Source: Pelomyxa schiedti (lineage: Eukaryota; Protista; Evosea). Taken from it: a stretch of DNA of 48,871 bases. The notes below the pieces were generated by a model, which was not told where the DNA came from, made no database searches, and was given only the letters and a program-made list of their open reading frames with translations. Shown here piece after piece: positions 44,101 to 48,871 of the stretch. The DNA lies in assembly GCA_020536535.1 (NCBI GenBank), contig JAHLWZ010000782.1:1-48871 (forward strand), written 5' to 3'. A program made the position numbers and the translations under genes. Each line of letters opens with the position of its first letter. Positions within the stretch are counted from its first letter, which is position 1.

Positions 44101-45698
44101 GTCAGTTGGTTTGGTGGTTTCTGAATGTATTTCAGCGCTTATTTCTGATTTGGTTGCAGGGTTCTCTGGGTTGGTTGGCTCACATTCTTCGATTGGTTCC
44201 AGCTCACTTTCAGACGACGGTTCCAAGAGGACGATTTCTGCTTCGTTGGGCTTGCTACTTTCATCAGTTCGGACAATCAAACTGTTTTCAACAGGCAGAC
44301 TGTCAAGGGGTCTTGTTGCTTCTTCCGTTTTTGTCACAGTCGATCCGCATTTAGAAGTGTTTGATACTGGTACAACAAATCAGAGGGAAATAGAGCGCGG
44401 AAAGGCAACCTGTCGGCGGTGCACGTGACTTGAAACTGGAGGGATCACAACGGATAAACTCGGAAACGTACCTATTTGACTCAGTAATGATATTTCTTGA
44501 CAGGCAATGCACACGTCATAATCAAATGTTTGTCAACGGGATGTGAAAGAACATGGGATGGATCGAGGAGCGCAGGTATTTGAAGTTTTAATTCGATTTC
44601 CTTGAACAAAGAATCAAGTCTCGCCATTAAATCGCTCTACACGGCTATTAGTAGCAGCAGAATTGTGAGGAACAACTATGGCTGAAATGGAGTTGCAGTC
44701 GATTGTGTCCGGACAGATACTATTTGCCAAAGAGGCAAAGTTTAACCCATCTCTCCAACTGAAAGGAATAAATCACTTTGGAATGTGACGAAGGGGGAAC
44801 AGACCTTTTGTCAAAATCATGAACTTTGACAGGTAATTTTGAATTCACCCATGCAAGGAGAGCCTCTTTTTCATTTTCTAGAGTGCCGGATCAGTAAAAT
44901 TCTTAAAAAAAAAAAGTACGAAAGTCTTACTTCTCTTCGAATGTAAGCTCCCACTGGAATTCCCAGTGTTAGTCATGAAAGTGTGACAAATTACACCCCA
45001 CAAGATATCAATGCCAATTTTTGGATCCTTTTCCAGAAGTTCTACATGGAAAGAGTGAATTTCGCTATCAAATTTTGATAGACCAAACACTAGCGTACTT
45101 GATGGCAAGACACCAGGTAATGTGACGCCAGCAGTTGCCAACATCCCAAAAGCAGCAGCAGCACTATCCAATGCGTGGAACGAAACCATGCTGTCACTTG
45201 CACCCACCATCTCACTCCCTCCACTCGTCACGACCTTTGTTGGCATCGGCACCTTGAACAGCACATGTGCCAGCTGTGTCAACAAACTCCCGTCCTAAAT
45301 AACAAGTGCGAATAGCACATTAGCATCATTTATACCTTCAAACGATCCTTCACTTCTTATTTCAAAACAAAAGGCAAAAGATGCAAAAAACAAAAAAGAA
45401 AAAAAATTGCAATGTGTGCACGCCGCCACGTTCCTAAAAAAAAAACCGAAACAAAGAATACCTGCAGGGCGTCATGAAGGAATGGCCTCTTTGACCGCAG
45501 GGGGTAATCACAGGGCAGGGCCAGGGCGTGGATGAGCCATCGGTAGTACACAACACCACGGTGCCTGTCCCCGTCCTCAACGTCGCTGCTGCTGCAACTG
45601 TTGTTGCTACCACTTCGTGTCCTGCTGCTGCTGTTGACAACAACACCCCCACTTGCACTAGTAGTCGTAGTATTTGTTGTACCGCTAGGGCTCGTCAT
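41106..45698 (-). CDS. Tandem-CH (actinin/filamin-type actin-binding domain) protein with a long E/K-rich and coiled-coil region and a T/S/P-rich tail; 3' end uncertain
   Basis: ATG 45698. CH1: YYRWLIHAL..DGSLLTQL..KIGIDILWGVICH. CH2: EKEALLAWVNSKL..SWRDGLNFASL..IPALLDP..IMTYVSEF. It splices into ORFs 42922..44337 and 41356..42873 through the phase-0 exon EMVAELRLQIPKI. The TAG at 41356 coincides with a splice acceptor, so the gene probably continues. Confidence 0.72.
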
Positions 45699-45887
45699 GT
45701 GTGTGCCTTAGGTTTGGTGTCGGTGGTGCCGATTCAAATCAAAATCTCCTTTACACGAAGGAGGTACCAGCAATCTCAGCGTCTGCTGCCACAGTAAAAA
45801 AACTGTTGGAAGCTCCTCCAGTATTTCCTGAACCAAACAGCAGCTCAAAACTCAACACGGAAGCAACAGAAACCACATCAACCAGAA

Positions 45888-47054
45888 ATGCCCCACACTG
45901 GGCTGGGTACCCACCTCACTTTGAGGAAGGGGATCCAGGCACGCGACCAACTGGCGTCGCTTCTTGTGGCGTCGCAGTGTTGTAGGTGCGGGAACAACTC
46001 GGCCGCGGGGGTGTTGGGGCCGGTGCTAGTGCGGCAATTGTGGGACACCTGGGGCATCGGCACCGAGAGGAAAGTGGTCGTTGCGGTTACGGCGACCAAC
46101 GGTGCCCTGTTGCCCATGGCAGTCAGGTTTGGTGTCTCAATCGCGCTTATGGGAATGACAACCGACGTGCACATCGCGTGCATATACGGATACTGGGTGG
46201 ACTACAACCTGAATGTGATGCAAGTTGGTGCCAATGTTCTCCGTCTGAGCGATGCCACGACTGGGGGGAGCAGGGAATTAGTGCCACAGCGGAGGTTTGC
46301 CATGAACCACTTGTGTATGAACGGAAAGTGGTGGCTGCAGATCAAAAGAGAAGGCCACTTGCTGGTAGTGACTAATTTGCAGGGAGATAACACTGGCGAA
46401 CTGGCGTTTGTCCCACTTCCCAAGACTCACAGTATTGTGAAGTCTATGAGCTTTTGCAAATTGTGTTCATCACAGTCACTGATGATTATGAAGAGAGGCC
46501 ATAAATCCTTGCTGTTTGTTGTTGATATTGCCAGAACCTATGCTACTAAGAGTCTGCAGATAGTGAGCTCAACTCAATGCACATGTGGCTATTTTGCAGA
46601 TGACTGCGTGGAACAGATTATTCTTATGAAGAACAAGGCTGAGCAAAATGTGTTCGTTGTTGAGATTACAATCCCGAACCCTCCATATAGTGTGGTGTTT
46701 GCAGTTCAACAGACTGGAGTGATGAGCAAGCTCATGAATCATGCAGAGCCTCCCCCAGGAGGAATTCTGAGTCAATTGAGTAGCTCCCTTTTCTCCCTTT
46801 GCACCCTGAAGAAGCTAGATATCTGGGACTGCAATGACACGGCCTTACCTCTGAGGACACTACAGATTTCAGCTGCATGCGAGGGCCCAGCATTTTCGGG
46901 GATCCTTTCAGGAAATGGGTTGATTTGCCTCAGAGGAGACAACAACCAACTGCTTGTGACTGAAGCAACATCAGGTGTTGTTGTTGCTTCCATTGACTTT
47001 CTGCAACCTGGATGGGACCTGGGCATCAGAGTACATCCATCCTTCCTTTGGTGA
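45888..47054 (+). CDS. Intronless ARDQ-motif orphan family protein, 388 aa
   Basis: Uninterrupted ORF. ARDQLASLLVASQCCRCGNNSAAGVL..LWDTWGI..MNGKW..DIWDCNDTALPL..EATSGVVVASIDF. Motifs are shared with 29714..30922. Confidence 0.82.
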   Translation: MPHTGLGTHLTLRKGIQARDQLASLLVASQCCRCGNNSAAGVLGPVLVRQLWDTWGIGTERKVVVAVTATNGALLPMAVRFGVSIALMGMTTDVHIACIYGYWVDYNLNVMQVGANVLRLSDATTGGSRELVPQRRFAMNHLCMNGKWWLQIKREGHLLVVTNLQGDNTGELAFVPLPKTHSIVKSMSFCKLCSSQSLMIMKRGHKSLLFVVDIARTYATKSLQIVSSTQCTCGYFADDCVEQIILMKNKAEQNVFVVEITIPNPPYSVVFAVQQTGVMSKLMNHAEPPPGGILSQLSSSLFSLCTLKKLDIWDCNDTALPLRTLQISAACEGPAFSGILSGNGLICLRGDNNQLLVTEATSGVVVASIDFLQPGWDLGIRVHPSFLW

Positions 47055-47362
47055 TTAAACAAAACCCATTTCCAGATGGGTTTTGTCGGGGAGGTCCACG
47101 AGCCCCGGGCCTGGCAGGGCGACGTCACCAATGCTACACCAGGGGGGGGGCGAATCAAATGAGAAAAACAGAATTTTTTAGTGAGCAAGGCAGGGTGAAG
47201 CGGCCCGATTTTGCCGGGATTTGTTGATGTTTTGTGCCGCGGGGCGGTTAGCGCGGCGCCGCGGCGGCAGCGCGGCGTGTGTGTTCGTTGAATCGGGGAC
47301 TAGCTTATAATTGTGCATGATGACTCCTACGTAATGTATTTTGGAAGAGAAAATTGTTGCAT

Positions 47363-48871
47363 TCAGAAGTGGTACACATTGCATGACAATATCCACTTGG
47401 ACCGGTCAAATCTGTGTTTCATTTAGCAAGCAGGTTGTTGATAAATGTTACACACTTGGAATCCAGAACTTTCAACAAAGGGTGTGTCATGTCATGTTCG
47501 TTTCGCTGTGAATCATGGGGTAAGTGTGATGCGGCTGTTTAATCTTGAACATACATTTCCATAGTAACTACGGCAAGAGAATTCGCGGCTCCTCTCACAG
47601 GCTTCACACAAGTCATAGTCATCGCACACCTTTTTGTTTTTGTTGGCTTTCTGTTGTTTGATCAAAGTGAGTGGAGGGAGGGCACACACACCAAGCACTT
47701 CCAGTTGATCCCAGTGCACCTCCTCATGCACTTGGAACCTTTCCCATCACATGAGGCACACCGCGGATTGTTTCCGCGTTGTTCTACATCATACAGTTCA
47801 TTGTCAGGAACAACAACCTCCCAGAATTTGGTGTGTTCATGTTCCACCGATCCCGCTTTGTGACAGCCGGGACATATTCTGTAATTGCTGCATTCGGAGC
47901 ACTGTTGAAAAGAGAGAAAATATTGGGAGAGTGCGGAGGAGGGAAAGAAAGAAACCTGATAAATGACTTCACCAAAGGAAGAGGCACAAACACTGCAAAT
48001 GCCGGTGTGAATTGCATATGTTGGTGCAAGCGTGATGTTTGGTTGTGACCAGTGGAATGGTGTGGATACTTTCGCCATGAGGTGTGTCCTGTGTGAAAAC
48101 CCGTTGGTTGGTGCACTAAAAATAATAATATTATGTATATTCATATTAATAGTGGAATAAGAAGAGGTGAAGACACAAACCTCGGGTGGAAGGACTCACA
48201 CTTTTCACACAAATAAACATCATTGCAGTGGAGGCACTTGAAGAACACTTCCATTGGAAACGCTTTGCAGTGGTCACATCCTCTGTTCGTTGGTTTTTTT
48301 GGGGGAAAAGTTTGAGAGTGAAAAGGAATTTTACGTGTGTGAGACATCAAAGAATATTTTCTCCCACCAAGAGGCATCATTGAAACCAGTGGGCAGAACG
48401 ATCCTGCTGTGTGAATATGCAACAACAGTTTCAATTTTGGAGGGAAGGGGGGCACCCTCATCTGAGTCCTCACCCATATCAGATTCTTCACCCATACCAG
48501 AGTCATTCAGGTCCACTGGTTCAGGCTCAGGAACGGAAATTGGGGGAACAACGGCAGCCGTAATTGAAGGGTTATTGGGATCAATTCCCAGGGATTCTGT
48601 TGAACCACTGGGTGTTGTGGTTGTTGGGGCTGGGGGAACAACAGAAGGCTGTGGCTCTTGCTCTCCACTCGGTGATTGATTCTGTGCCAGTTCCGCTGCT
48701 GCTGCAGCGGCGGCAGCTTGTTTCTCTCTTTCAACTTGCTCCTTAGCAGCTCTTCTTTGGAGCTCCCTCTCAGCTCTCTTTTTGGCACGAAGTTCTTGTC
48801 TCTCCCTCAGCACCTTCCTTCTCTCTTTCTCTTCTTCGATTGCTTTTGCCTCCAGTTGTGCCTTCTCCCTC
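47363..48871 (-). CDS. 3' part of a protein with a coiled coil and three ZZ-type zinc fingers (5' end outside the window)
   Basis: The frame is open at the window edge (E/R/K coiled coil). Then GCDHC..FKCLHCNDVYLCEKC, CSVC..YQCSECSNYRICPGC and CASC..WKCLVCDDYDLCEAC..HDMTHPLLK. The last exon is tentative (stop about 47363). Confidence 0.75.

Noticed and set aside
43640-44428. 262-aa Ser-rich + strand ORF
   Set aside because: Antisense shadow of the Glu-rich exon of the tandem-CH gene.
44470-44520. YDVCIAC, a seeming ZZ finger on the minus strand
   Set aside because: That frame has an upstream stop and no acceptor. The segment is better explained as a 43-nt intron that restores the CH motif IMTYVSEF.
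1-48871. CRISPR arrays, rRNA/tRNA genes, transposase or reverse transcriptase ORFs, prokaryotic operons
   Set aside because: No spaced direct repeats, cloverleaf or rRNA signatures, terminal repeats or mobile-element motifs were seen. The DNA is spliceosomal-intron-rich eukaryotic sequence. A covariance-model scan was not run.

Overview
Gene-dense, intron-rich eukaryotic genomic DNA with about 23 protein-coding genes. The introns I traced are mostly short (about 43-115 nt) and GT-AG with weak donor consensus. Gene content and a recurring ARDQ-motif orphan family suggest an amoebozoan, possibly an archamoeba such as Pelomyxa; this is inference from recall, not a search. Recognisable genes, from manually spliced models: two TM9SF/EMP70 paralogues, importin-7/8, a ROCK1/SLC35A-like nucleotide-sugar transporter, two DH-PH RhoGEFs (one IQ-containing, one with several CH domains), a DUF3605/HIT-like protein, an unusual adenylate kinase, syntaxin-5, a tandem-CH actin-binding protein and a multi-ZZ-finger protein that runs off the right edge. 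The most striking locus is 29714-34277 (-). It is one spliced gene fusing an RCC1 propeller, an F-box and a complete Arf-family GTPase domain. The catalytic switch-II Gln is replaced by Ala (WDVGGADKIRPLW), and the DVGG motif sits on a 13-nt microexon. Its stop codon overlaps the start of an intronless ARDQ-family ORF (ggATGATG), and a possible 62-nt intron would instead fuse the two in frame. A second, distant member of the ARDQ family lies at 45888-47054. Two 100-N gaps flanked by ~120-bp exact duplications are assembly artefacts. I found no supportable rRNA, tRNA, CRISPR or transposon. All exon boundaries are hand-derived and need RNA-seq confirmation.
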